Program-made: the position numbers and the translations under genes | Part shown: positions 51,889 through 60,800 of the stretch, piece by piece | Layout of the letters: each line of letters begins with the position of its first letter | Position numbering within the stretch: the stretch's first letter is position 1 | Notes under the pieces: model-generated | The model's database searches: none | Told to the model about the DNA's origin: nothing | The model's input: the letters and a program-made list of their open reading frames with translations, nothing else | NCBI GenBank assembly: GCA_017517765.1 | Contig: JAFWYE010000006.1 | Span: forward strand, 58,665 to 122,664 | Length of the DNA stretch: 64,000 bases | DNA from: Bacilli bacterium | GTDB lineage: Bacteria; Bacillota_I; Bacilli_A; RFN20; DUOF01 | Direction of reading: 5' to 3'

Positions 51889-52244
51889 TCTCCATTAAAT
51901 GTTTTATTATAATCAAAATAGATTGTTCCTTTATTTTTCTTAACTCTTTCTATTGCCTCTTCTATATTAGAATAAACATAATATCTATATTTGATGTTAC
52001 ATTCTTTATATAGTAGATTTACACTATATATCCATCTTTCTAAATCAATAATAGATATAATAGAATTAATTTTACTCTTCATATACTCTTTAGTAATATC
52101 ACCGATATCCTCTTCTATCTCTTTTAATAAAATACTTAATAACGCCTTAAAACTACTACCCCATAACCAATACCCCTTATACATGTTATGTTCCCTTTTT
52201 TTATATACTAATATTGTCCTATTAGTAATCAATATATTATTCAT
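51870..52244 (-). CDS. Hypothetical protein, similar to the C-terminal half of 48662..49384
   Basis: First gene after leader copy B. Confidence 0.7.
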   Translation of the reverse strand: MNNILITNRTILVYKKREHNMYKGYWLWGSSFKALLSILLKEIEEDIGDITKEYMKSKINSIISIIDLERWIYSVNLLYKECNIKYRYYVYSNIEEAIERVKKNKGTIYFDYNKTFNGDCLKEE

Positions 52245-52267
52245 ATTCTCACATCCTATCTATATAA

Positions 52268-52355
52268 TATAAAGAGTGGCATATTATGATAAACAAAAGG
52301 AGGAGAACCACTCTTTACGCTTAAAACTATATAGAATATATAAAAAGAACTCCAA
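52268..52355 (-). promoter_or_regulatory. Promoter plus hairpin leader, copy B
   Basis: TTGGAG-N18-TATAGT, TAAGCGTAA, stem TAAAGAGTGG/CCACTCTTTA enclosing CTCCTCCTTTTG. Confidence 0.7.
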
Positions 52356-52573
52356 TGCAGGAGTTTTTATAAAAAAATAATATTTAATTATATATAATAA
52401 ATATTAACAATTTACATAATTTAGATACTTATTGTACAAAATCATGATGTTCTTTGTTTTGTTAATGGAATATTGTCTTTACCACATTTTTGAACGATCA
52501 TCAAAGCATATTACTTTCATCTACATTTACCTTTATTTCTTAACCTAGACCAATTTAGCATAATTTAAAGGCG

Positions 52574-55435
52574 TCACTTTTTATTTGATTCTAAAATTGA
52601 CTTAACAAAGTCTGAAGTTTTGTTTTTTGTGTGCAGTATATAAATGCTTTCTTTTGCTCTTGTCAAAGCCACATAAAATAGTTTTTCTTCATCTTCAATT
52701 GCATCCATATAATTCTGATCAAATAACGTAAACAGTTCATTATTAACATTATAAACAGGAAAAGACTTTTCATTTACATTCAATAAAATTACAACATCTG
52801 CTTCTTCTCCTTTAGAAGCATGAACCGTAGAAATTTTTATTTTGTTCATATCTGGCCCATACTTTGAGCAATTCTTTACAATTTTCTTTAACATTCTCTC
52901 AAATTCAAGCAAATCAATCCCTAAAATGCTATTACTTCTATTTAAAATCATAATATTAGACTTCGGATTTTTAGAAATAATATCATAACATATTCTAAAG
53001 CATCTTGATAAATCCCACTTTTCCATATTTTCATATGTAAGTCTACCTATATAATTATCTACTTTATCTTCACTATTCATAAAAATACTATCTGTGTCTA
53101 AAACGTTAACTTCTCCCTCATACATTGAAACAGAAACAGCTGGTTTACCAGAATATTTATGATCAATCATGAACTTATTAGCTGTTGTAACAATATTTTT
53201 AAAACTTCTATAATTATTTGTAACGCTAAATTCTTTTGCATTCTCATAATTAGATAAAAATCCATTAAAATACTTTGTATTTGATCCTGCAAATCTGTTT
53301 ATAGCCTGCCAATCATCTCCGACAGCAAATATTTTGATATTTGAATTTATTTCTAAAATAGCACTAATCAAATTATCAAACAAACGAGAAAAGTCTTGAT
53401 ATTCATCAATAAGTACCCAATTCAACTCTTTTATAACATGATCATAATTACCATTTCTAACTAAAACTATAGCATTATGCATAAGTTCATTAAAATCTAA
53501 TCTACAATACTTAAATTCTTCTAAAGAAGGACTTTTAATTTCGGCATGCAATTCCTTTATATATTCAAGATATACTTTATATCCCAAATTATAGAAACTT
53601 TTTACTTTAGGGTCTAATATGGCATCAAATTGATTTGTTAGTGATGAAACATCATCATAATAATATTGCTGTAATTTATTTATAAATTGCTCCATTAATA
53701 TTGTAAAGCCATCAATCCCTTTTTCCCATACTTTTCTTTGTAAAACTTCTTCTGGCAGTTTTTGATCATATACACCATATCCTTTTAGCTTTTCTTCAAT
53801 TATCGCTTCTGCCTTTTCTCTACTGATATTTTCAAATTCTTTGGCATTTGTTTCTATCAATCCTTTTATACAATTGAAAGTATCATTATACTTTGTATGA
53901 ACTAAATGCTTCATATTTGGAAAATTCCAAAATTGTTTCTTCCAATTCATATTGTTAATATAGTAATTATAATTGCCAACGCTTGATTCAAAATCAAAAA
54001 TTTCCTTTAGGGTTTCCTTTCCATTAACACCCCAGTTTTCCCATACAAAATTATATTTTTTTAAATAGAAATCCGGTTTGGTTTCTTTCTTCCCATCGAC
54101 TAATCTCATAAACTCCTTGTAATCATTTCTGTCTATTAAACAATTCCATCTAGGAGCGATTTTGTAAGGAAAAAACGATTTTTCATACACATAGTCTATA
54201 CCATGTTCAAATAAATAATCAGCAATTATCTTTTCAGAATAAGATTTCACAGTTTCTCCATTCAAAGTTTTATAACTAGAATTTCTTTTAAATTTGTAGT
54301 AGTCCTCTAGACTAGTAAAGGTTTTTCTATCAATATAATTTAATGAGGAATAAAAAAAGTCATATACTTCTTCCCTAAATAAAGTATCCTTCTTTATCAT
54401 CTCATTTAAGATTATTTTCAAAAATTTAGTCTTATTTTCTAATATTTTATTATCATTTTTCGGATTAACTATGTCATGTGCCAAAGAGTGAAACGTTCTG
54501 GCAAATTTATCATGCAAATACTTTGGTTCACCATCTATAAGACACTTTTCACTTATTCTTTTATTAATTTCATTGGCCGCCTCTTTATTAAAACAAAAAG
54601 CCATTATATTTTTTTGATTCATTTTTTGAACTTCTATCTCATATATAATCTTGCCTATTATAGTTCGAGTTTTGCCACTTCCTGCTCTTGCTGTGACAAT
54701 AGAATTGTCATTAGATACAATGGCAGCACATTGTTGCTCATCAAAAACCAATTTTTCATTTTCAAAAAGAATGTGTTCGTTTACAAACATTTTATAATTA
54801 TTTATTTTTCCTTTTATATCTTCTACCAGTTTTGCTTGTGCATTTAAAAACTTATCGTCAAAAATCAAATTTCCACTATTAATTAATTTATCAAGCACCC
54901 ATACTCTAGGCTCACTTTGTCCGTGCTTAAATAAATAATTATTGGTAGAAGAATACTTTAATGAGCAAAACTTTACCCCTTGTTCAGCATGGATATCACA
55001 TATAATTACATCAAAAATATTATTATTATTTTCTACGAATTTTGCTTTCATTCCTTCATGTATATAAGTATCATCAATTTTAAATTTATTATTTACATAA
55101 TTCGTTTTACCATTTTTAATCATGCCTTGTTTTATTACAAATTTGTGTTTCTTCCAATTATTGACATCTATTTGATGCAGTTCAATAAATTTTTTAATAG
55201 TTTCAATTATTTTATCGCCATATTTGTAATACTTACTCCCATAAATACCGCATTCTTGCAATTCCAACCTATCCATAGGTAAATTTTCTACAAGTTTTAC
55301 CAGTTCACCATCATTAAAAATATAATAATATGGCTTATAGCTTGTTTTCATAAGTTCTTCTCTCATACACTTCAGTATGTCTTTTAGCTCATCATATAAA
55401 AATATATACTCACTATCCATATTATCACCACTCAC
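52574..55435 (-). CDS. Helicase IV (HelD)-like UvrD helicase with N-terminal HRDC and inserted nuclease-like domain
   Basis: HRDC (PYYYIFND..L..L...P..KYGDKII), ARAGSGKT, KSYSEKIIADYL..PDFYL..WENWG, DEYQD, VHASKGEE, YVALTRA. Confidence 0.85.
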   Translation of the reverse strand: MSGDNMDSEYIFLYDELKDILKCMREELMKTSYKPYYYIFNDGELVKLVENLPMDRLELQECGIYGSKYYKYGDKIIETIKKFIELHQIDVNNWKKHKFVIKQGMIKNGKTNYVNNKFKIDDTYIHEGMKAKFVENNNNIFDVIICDIHAEQGVKFCSLKYSSTNNYLFKHGQSEPRVWVLDKLINSGNLIFDDKFLNAQAKLVEDIKGKINNYKMFVNEHILFENEKLVFDEQQCAAIVSNDNSIVTARAGSGKTRTIIGKIIYEIEVQKMNQKNIMAFCFNKEAANEINKRISEKCLIDGEPKYLHDKFARTFHSLAHDIVNPKNDNKILENKTKFLKIILNEMIKKDTLFREEVYDFFYSSLNYIDRKTFTSLEDYYKFKRNSSYKTLNGETVKSYSEKIIADYLFEHGIDYVYEKSFFPYKIAPRWNCLIDRNDYKEFMRLVDGKKETKPDFYLKKYNFVWENWGVNGKETLKEIFDFESSVGNYNYYINNMNWKKQFWNFPNMKHLVHTKYNDTFNCIKGLIETNAKEFENISREKAEAIIEEKLKGYGVYDQKLPEEVLQRKVWEKGIDGFTILMEQFINKLQQYYYDDVSSLTNQFDAILDPKVKSFYNLGYKVYLEYIKELHAEIKSPSLEEFKYCRLDFNELMHNAIVLVRNGNYDHVIKELNWVLIDEYQDFSRLFDNLISAILEINSNIKIFAVGDDWQAINRFAGSNTKYFNGFLSNYENAKEFSVTNNYRSFKNIVTTANKFMIDHKYSGKPAVSVSMYEGEVNVLDTDSIFMNSEDKVDNYIGRLTYENMEKWDLSRCFRICYDIISKNPKSNIMILNRSNSILGIDLLEFERMLKKIVKNCSKYGPDMNKIKISTVHASKGEEADVVILLNVNEKSFPVYNVNNELFTLFDQNYMDAIEDEEKLFYVALTRAKESIYILHTKNKTSDFVKSILESNKK

Positions 55436-55451
55436 ATTATACTCTACTATT

Positions 55452-55483
55452 TAAAAAACCAGGAGTTTATTTTCCTGGTTTTA
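55452..55483 (-). terminator. Terminator of the cotD-like gene (repeat copy 1)
   Basis: AAAACCAGGA-GTTTATTT-TCCTGGTTTT. Confidence 0.8.
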
Positions 55484-55493
55484 TACAATTTAA

Positions 55494-55751
55494 TTACATT
55501 CCAAAGTTGTTATTGTTCCCATTATTTGCTTGTCCTGGGCATTGAGTTTCTTCATCTGTAGTATATTGATAATAGTATCTATTATATGGAACGTATCTAT
55601 GAATTACATGAGTATGACTTGGACAAATAACTGGCTGTTCGATAGGATGGCACTTTACTATATTACATACTTTTGTAGGCATTACAATAGGTTCTAATGG
55701 TTGACATGGAGTTGGATTATTACATCCACATGTTCTATTAGTATTATTCAT
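55494..55751 (-). CDS. CotD-like inner spore coat protein
   Basis: PIVMPTKVC...PVICPSHTHVIH.Y Cys/His/Pro pattern; AAAGGGGAG SD; sigma-K-like AC-N16-CATAAATT upstream. Confidence 0.72.
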   Translation of the reverse strand: MNNTNRTCGCNNPTPCQPLEPIVMPTKVCNIVKCHPIEQPVICPSHTHVIHRYVPYNRYYYQYTTDEETQCPGQANNGNNNNFGM

Positions 55752-55844
55752 TATATTCTCCCCTTTCACTTTAATTTATGCATATATATCTAAAGTGTAT
55801 AGGCTCAAATAAAAACCCCAGGATTTCTGGGGTATATTTTTGTA

Positions 55845-56300
55845 CTAAGCTACTAAAAGCATTGTTCCTGCTATATAAGTTACTACAAATATAGTTAAAT
55901 ATAAGTAAGTTAGTAAAATTAATCTAGCATAGTTTCTAAATGTAGGATCAGATTTTGTTTTTTCTCCAAAAGCCCAAATAAATAACATAATAAGCGATAC
56001 AAGAGGGATAGCTAAAACTATAGTTATTCCAAACCATCCTAAAATACTTCTACCACCATCATCAGATTTCTTATCAGAAAAATATGCAATAAGCAAACAT
56101 ATTATCGCAGGTAATACAGCAGCAATACCTAATACTATTAGCATGTTTTCAGAAGCCATTAACTGAGCATATAATTGATCTATTATAGTGCTTTCAGGAA
56201 CATCCGCCATTCCTGCTGCTAACGCCTTACTAGAAAAGGCAAATAAATAAACAAATGCAAAACCTGCAAATCCTATAATTCTAGACATTATCTTTTTCAT
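55845..56300 (-). CDS. Hypothetical membrane protein
   Basis: Signal peptide plus TMs; IPLVSLIMLFIWAFG..NYAR. Confidence 0.7.
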   Translation of the reverse strand: MKKIMSRIIGFAGFAFVYLFAFSSKALAAGMADVPESTIIDQLYAQLMASENMLIVLGIAAVLPAIICLLIAYFSDKKSDDGGRSILGWFGITIVLAIPLVSLIMLFIWAFGEKTKSDPTFRNYARLILLTYLYLTIFVVTYIAGTMLLVA

Positions 56301-56409
56301 ATACTACACCTCTATTTCTAAACTCACTATAGCACAATAAATGTTAAAAATTCAATGCTGATAGCCAATTAAACCAACAATTGTGATAAGTTAATAAAAA
56401 AGCAATGGA

Positions 56410-56952
56410 CTACCCATTGCATTTTTCTTTATATCTTTGCTTACAAGTTTCTACTAAATCAAGAGCTTCTTCTTTTGAATGATAGTCTCCTACTATAACT
56501 TCTATATTTTGAAGTTTCTTATAACTTGCAAAAAAATCTTGGATTTCTTCAAGCAAGAAAGCACTTAAATCTTCTAATTCATGAACATTATCATATCTAG
56601 GGTCACAATCTACTACAGATATTAGTTTATAGTCTTCACAACCATCATCTATCATAGCTAAATATCCAAGTACTCTAGCAGGTATTAAACAACCAGGGTA
56701 ACTTGGTTCAGTACCAATAACTAATATATCAAGAGGGTCACCATCAAGAGCTAATGTCTCATCTAAAGATCCATACTCTGCAGGATAAGCCATCGCACTA
56801 TATAGTACTCTATCTAATCTTACTCTTTTTGTTTTTTCATCTATTTCATATTTATTCCTACTTCTAAAAGGAATTTCAATTGTAGCCTCTACTACATCAT
56901 TTCTTTTCATCCAATCACTCCTAATGGCCTCCATTATAACATAAAATAACAA
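56410..56952 (-). CDS. ppa: Family I inorganic pyrophosphatase
   Basis: NKYE, DRVL, YP..YG, DGDPLD, FFASYK. Confidence 0.95.
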   Translation of the reverse strand: MLFYVIMEAIRSDWMKRNDVVEATIEIPFRSRNKYEIDEKTKRVRLDRVLYSAMAYPAEYGSLDETLALDGDPLDILVIGTEPSYPGCLIPARVLGYLAMIDDGCEDYKLISVVDCDPRYDNVHELEDLSAFLLEEIQDFFASYKKLQNIEVIVGDYHSKEEALDLVETCKQRYKEKCNG

Positions 56953-56971
56953 GCCTAGTTAATAAAATATA

Positions 56972-57898
56972 ATGGTGAAATATATGAAATATATTAAATT
57001 CAGTATCTATTTTATTATTACTATTACTTTCTTTTATTTAATTATGAATTTAAATAAAAGCATTGAACTAGTTTCTTACACGTTAGTTAGCTTTTTTAAT
57101 ACATTATTTCCATATCTATTAATCTTCTTAATAATAAATCAGTTATTAATAAAAACTAAAATAATTTATTTTATATCATCATTATTAGAACCTATTTTAT
57201 ATAAATTTTTCAAAATAAATTCTAAAGAAATATCTCTTATACTTATATCAATACTAAATGGATTCCCCTCTAGTATGATATATGGAGAAATAATGATAAA
57301 AGAAAAAGACTTAACTTATAATCAAGTGAAAAGAATAGCACCTATATTTTTTATTCCTTCTATTACATTTATATTTTATATAATAAAGGCTCAGCTTCTA
57401 CCACTACATTTTTATGTGCTTATAATCTCTTTATATACCCCATTATTAATAATCTTATTTCTAAGTAAAAAAGAATCTAACTCTAAATATATAGGAAAAT
57501 CTATCGTAAATGAAATAAAAAACTCTTTTTCCAATTTCAATTACATATTAGTTCTAAAAGAAATCATTATAAATTCTTTTCAAAACATCATTAATATATT
57601 AGGAATGATCACATTTTACTCCCTAATAACAATTATGATTCCATTCCCATTTATTAAAGGTCTATTTGAATTTAGTATGCCTACTCTAGAAATATTAAAT
57701 TCCCAATATTCCACCTTAATAAAGACTTTTTTAATTTTAATAATTCTAGTATTTTCATCCTTTTCTTCCTTGTCACAAGCCTCAATGTATATGGAAACAA
57801 CTAAGATTAAATTCAAATATTTTATAAAAAAAAGAATAACCATGTTATTCCTCTCTTTATTAATATTTAATCTAATTTTATTTTTGTATCCTCTTTAA
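56972..57898 (+). CDS. ylbJ: YlbJ-like sporulation integral membrane protein
   Basis: TLFPYL, ILNGFPSS, GLFEFS patterns; ylb neighbourhood. Confidence 0.65.
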   Translation: MVKYMKYIKFSIYFIITITFFYLIMNLNKSIELVSYTLVSFFNTLFPYLLIFLIINQLLIKTKIIYFISSLLEPILYKFFKINSKEISLILISILNGFPSSMIYGEIMIKEKDLTYNQVKRIAPIFFIPSITFIFYIIKAQLLPLHFYVLIISLYTPLLIILFLSKKESNSKYIGKSIVNEIKNSFSNFNYILVLKEIIINSFQNIINILGMITFYSLITIMIPFPFIKGLFEFSMPTLEILNSQYSTLIKTFLILIILVFSSFSSLSQASMYMETTKIKFKYFIKKRITMLFLSLLIFNLILFLYPL

Positions 57899-58223
57899 TC
57901 CCCTCAAAAATAATTGCTTCTAATTTAGCTAATAACTTATTCATTCTTTTATAAGCTTCATTATAGCTTTTAACATATTCATTTGTATCTAATATTAATT
58001 TGAAATCCGCTAATTCTTTTCTAGCTTTATTTACATCACTACCATATTTTTCAAACCTAATAGCATTATTATATTCATTAACTAAATAATTATATTTTAT
58101 TAGTAAATCACTACAATTTTCTTCCATCAACTTTTCTTTTTCTTTTACATCTTTATATTCTTCGCTATTAATTAGTAGTTCTTTTAAATCATAAGTTAAC
58201 TCTATTATTTTTGTATCTAGCAT
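57867..58223 (-). CDS. ylbF: YlbF/RicF family protein
   Basis: LINSEEY, RFEKYGSD, NEYVKSY; follows ylbD-ylbE. Confidence 0.72.
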   Translation of the reverse strand: MLDTKIIELTYDLKELLINSEEYKDVKEKEKLMEENCSDLLIKYNYLVNEYNNAIRFEKYGSDVNKARKELADFKLILDTNEYVKSYNEAYKRMNKLLAKLEAIIFEGIKEDTKIKLD

Positions 58224-58246
58224 AATATCACCAATCTTATTATACT

Positions 58247-58462
58247 CTAATCTCCCATAAGTGCTTGAATTATTGTTAATAAATTTGATGTATCTTCTAC
58301 TTTATCAATAAATCTTTTTCTTCTAACGAGCTTATATTCTTCTTTAAATTCATTTATCTTATAAGGCTCTATACTTAATATTTTATACCAATATGGTCTC
58401 TCTTTTAAAAACTTCAAATAATCTTCATTACTATTTATAAAACTCACTATATCACTTCTCAT
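58247..58462 (-). CDS. ylbE: YlbE-like protein
   Basis: FLKERPYWYKILS.EP. Confidence 0.82.
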   Translation of the reverse strand: MRSDIVSFINSNEDYLKFLKERPYWYKILSIEPYKINEFKEEYKLVRRKRFIDKVEDTSNLLTIIQALMGD

Positions 58463-58809
58463 TAATCATCATAATTACTAGAGGGTTTATTATAGCTTCT
58501 TTTCACCTTAGTATCATCCTTTCTAGTAAATTCACCTAATACAGCTAATATCTTTCTAACACCTTCTAAATTTTCATTAATCTTATTTACATCAATATCC
58601 TCAAAAGCTTTTAGTAAATTATTAGTTTTATTCTCTCTTGTTTCTTCCTTTACTTCCTCTTTAAATATAGAAGCATTCTCTCCATATAAATCATATATTT
58701 CGTATAACTTTTGCCAACTAGTTTCACCTTTATTTACTTTATCAATAAGAAATTCTTTATCTTTAATAAATCTTTTAAATTCTTCTTTTTTATTCATATA
58801 CATCACCAA
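58462..58809 (-). CDS. ylbD: YlbD-like spore coat-associated protein
   Basis: KEEFKRFI...SWQKLYEIYDLYGE. Confidence 0.82.
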   Translation of the reverse strand: MVMYMNKKEEFKRFIKDKEFLIDKVNKGETSWQKLYEIYDLYGENASIFKEEVKEETRENKTNNLLKAFEDIDVNKINENLEGVRKILAVLGEFTRKDDTKVKRSYNKPSSNYDD

Positions 58810-58908
58810 TTTAATATATGCAAAATGAAATTAATTGAATACACAATAACTGATTATTAACCAAATAATATGATAATGAATAAACTATATTGATAGGAGG
58901 TGTAATAG

Positions 58909-59085
58909 ATGTATTACTATAATGGAGGTTATCCAGGATCACCTATGGGATACCCTGTATATCAACAATCAAATAACAATAGCTCATTATGGTCTATTAT
59001 TTTAATTATATTTATCTTATTTATAATAATTGGACTAGGTTTTAATGGTAATGGTATAGGTAACATGAATAGATGTTGTATGTAA
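58909..59085 (+). CDS. YjcZ/SscA-like small sporulation membrane peptide (58 aa; absent from ORF track)
   Basis: Hand translation MYYYNGGYPGSPMGYPVYQQSNNNSSLWSIILIIFILFIIIGLGFNGNGIGNMNRCCM; AGGAGG SD; terminator follows. Confidence 0.75.
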   Translation: MYYYNGGYPGSPMGYPVYQQSNNNSSLWSIILIIFILFIIIGLGFNGNGIGNMNRCCM

Positions 59086-59106
59086 AAAAGGGAGATAACT
59101 CCCTTT

Positions 59107-59628
59107 TTATATAACATATGTATTATATCTTACAAGTTTCCATTCAAATGGATTACCATTACTTCCATCTTTAATAAATACTACTATTCCTTTTTCTTTT
59201 ACTACTTGCACCTCACCAATTGCATTAGTAAATGTTGTAGTAGTATCAATTAAATAATTCATGTATCTACCTTCATGTTCTAAATCACAAGTAGGTATAC
59301 CTTTTAAATTAAAATAACATTGATATTTACCTGTACCAAAAGTTTCATACTTATCAATTTTAAATTCATAGTTACTTATTCCATCTGCTCTATATCTAGA
59401 ATAATTATTTATTAAATTTTTATATAAAATATCATTTTCACTATTAGCAACAAAATCCTTTAATTTTTCAGGATCATAATTATTAAGTGATGTTTCAAAA
59501 TAATCAAGGGTAATGGTTTCAGTTACTATTTCATCTCCTTTAACAATAAATACACATGAGAAAACAATAGTAACAACAGCTAATACTACTAAAAATACTT
59601 GATAAATTCTTAGATAATACTTTTGCAT
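59107..59628 (-). CDS. Hypothetical membrane-anchored protein
   Basis: N-terminal TM, soluble domain. Confidence 0.7.
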   Translation of the reverse strand: MQKYYLRIYQVFLVVLAVVTIVFSCVFIVKGDEIVTETITLDYFETSLNNYDPEKLKDFVANSENDILYKNLINNYSRYRADGISNYEFKIDKYETFGTGKYQCYFNLKGIPTCDLEHEGRYMNYLIDTTTTFTNAIGEVQVVKEKGIVVFIKDGSNGNPFEWKLVRYNTYVI

Positions 59629-59740
59629 ACCCTCACCTACTTAAAGTATAACAATATTGGACAAAATTTATAAATGTTTTAAGAAATATTTGTGAAAACA
59701 ATACCAATATTTATGTTATACTAGATATCGAGGGATTGAT

Positions 59741-60286
59741 ATGGAATTATTTAAAATTGTTACAGATAAAAATGAATTAAAGAAAAGATGTCAAGAAGTA
59801 GAAATGCCACTTGATGAAGAAACTAAAACTTTACTACTAAAAATGATAGATTATCTAAAAAAATCTCAAGATGATGAGATTGCTAAAAAGTATGATATTA
59901 GACCAGGTGTTGGTTTAGCCGCTAATCAAATTGGTATAAATAAAAGATTTCTAGCAGTATATATCATTGATGATAAAGGAAATGAAATTAAATATGGTTT
60001 AGTTAATCCAGTTATTACTGCCTACTCTGTTCAAGAATCATATATATCTAATGGTGAAGGATGTCTTTCTGTAAAAGAAGATGTACCTGGATATGTATAT
60101 AGACATGCAAAAATTACCGTTAGAGCATATGATGTAATAGAAGATAAAATTATAACTATTAAAGCAAAAGGATTCTTATCTATCGTATTACAACATGAAA
60201 TAGATCATTTAAATGGTTTATTATATACCGATAGAATCAACAAAGATAATCCTTTTATAGAAAAAGAAGACGCAATAGCATTATAA
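59741..60286 (+). CDS. def: Peptide deformylase
   Basis: GVGLAANQIG, EGCLS, QHEIDH. Confidence 0.97.
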   Translation: MELFKIVTDKNELKKRCQEVEMPLDEETKTLLLKMIDYLKKSQDDEIAKKYDIRPGVGLAANQIGINKRFLAVYIIDDKGNEIKYGLVNPVITAYSVQESYISNGEGCLSVKEDVPGYVYRHAKITVRAYDVIEDKIITIKAKGFLSIVLQHEIDHLNGLLYTDRINKDNPFIEKEDAIAL

Positions 60287-60334
60287 TAAAAGCACCTAGA
60301 TTTTCTAGGTGCTAATTTTTTATTATATTTTCAC

Positions 60335-60363
60335 TTGAATATAATTTCATTTGATTATATAAT
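60335..60363 (+). promoter_or_regulatory. sigma-A promoter of the tRNA pair
   Basis: TTGAAT-N17-TATAAT 10 nt before the first tRNA. Confidence 0.75.
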
Positions 60364-60373
60364 ATCAAGGCAT

Positions 60374-60450
60374 GTCAACGTAGCTCAGTTGGATAGAGCA
60401 ACGGCCTTCTAAGCCGTAGGTCATGGGTTCGAATCCCTTCGTTGACACCA
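60374..60450 (+). tRNA. tRNA-Arg(TCT)
   Basis: GTCAACG/CGTTGAC acceptor stem, ACGGC-CTTCTAA-GCCGT anticodon arm, TTCGAAT, encoded CCA. Confidence 0.97.
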
Positions 60451-60453
60451 TTT

Positions 60454-60530
60454 GCAGCTTTAGCTCAACTGGATAGAGTGTTAGACTACGAATCTAGAGG
60501 TTGCGGGTTCGACTCCTGCAAGCTGCACCA
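60454..60530 (+). tRNA. tRNA-Arg(ACG)
   Basis: GCAGCTT/AAGCTGC acceptor stem, TTAGA-CTACGAA-TCTAG anticodon arm, TTCGACT, encoded CCA. Confidence 0.97.
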
Positions 60531-60541
60531 TTTGTGATGTA

Positions 60542-60568
60542 ACCCCACCCCAGAGGTGGGTTTTTTAT
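60542..60568 (+). terminator. Terminator after tRNAs
   Basis: CCCACC-CCAGA-GGTGGG followed by T-run. Confidence 0.8.
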
Positions 60569-60800
60569 TTCCCTGTGTGGGGTTCGAGCCCTGTTTAGGG
60601 CTACATTGTTGAGCATTTATCAATATTTAAATACTATGAAATTGTTGTTAAAAAAAGCAATAAGGATATTATTGGAAAATATGTCCATGACAATATATAC
60701 TTAAGTTCAGCCATAGCAAAGCAAAATACCAATTCAACTATATCATAGAATTGTCATTTGTGCTAATTTAGAATATGATAATATTATAATAGGTGATTAA

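Larger units (their letters stand above)
40415..55555. mobile_element. Tandem accessory islands at the 3' end of the cotD-like gene (about 2 kb plus 13 kb); no integrase seen
   Basis: Three copies of the gene 3' end and terminator bound blocks of helicase, ATPase and orphan genes. Confidence 0.7.

Noticed and set aside
42590-55450. Intact prophage or ICE
   Set aside because: No integrase, capsid, terminase, relaxase or T4SS motifs in any ORF
40415-55555. CRISPR array or integron attC reading of the three repeats
   Set aside because: Kilobase and irregular spacing; the repeats are a gene 3' end plus terminator; no cas or intI genes
60571-60603. tRNA-like GGTTCGAGCC after the tRNA terminator
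   Set aside because: No acceptor, D or anticodon arms; only a short local hairpin
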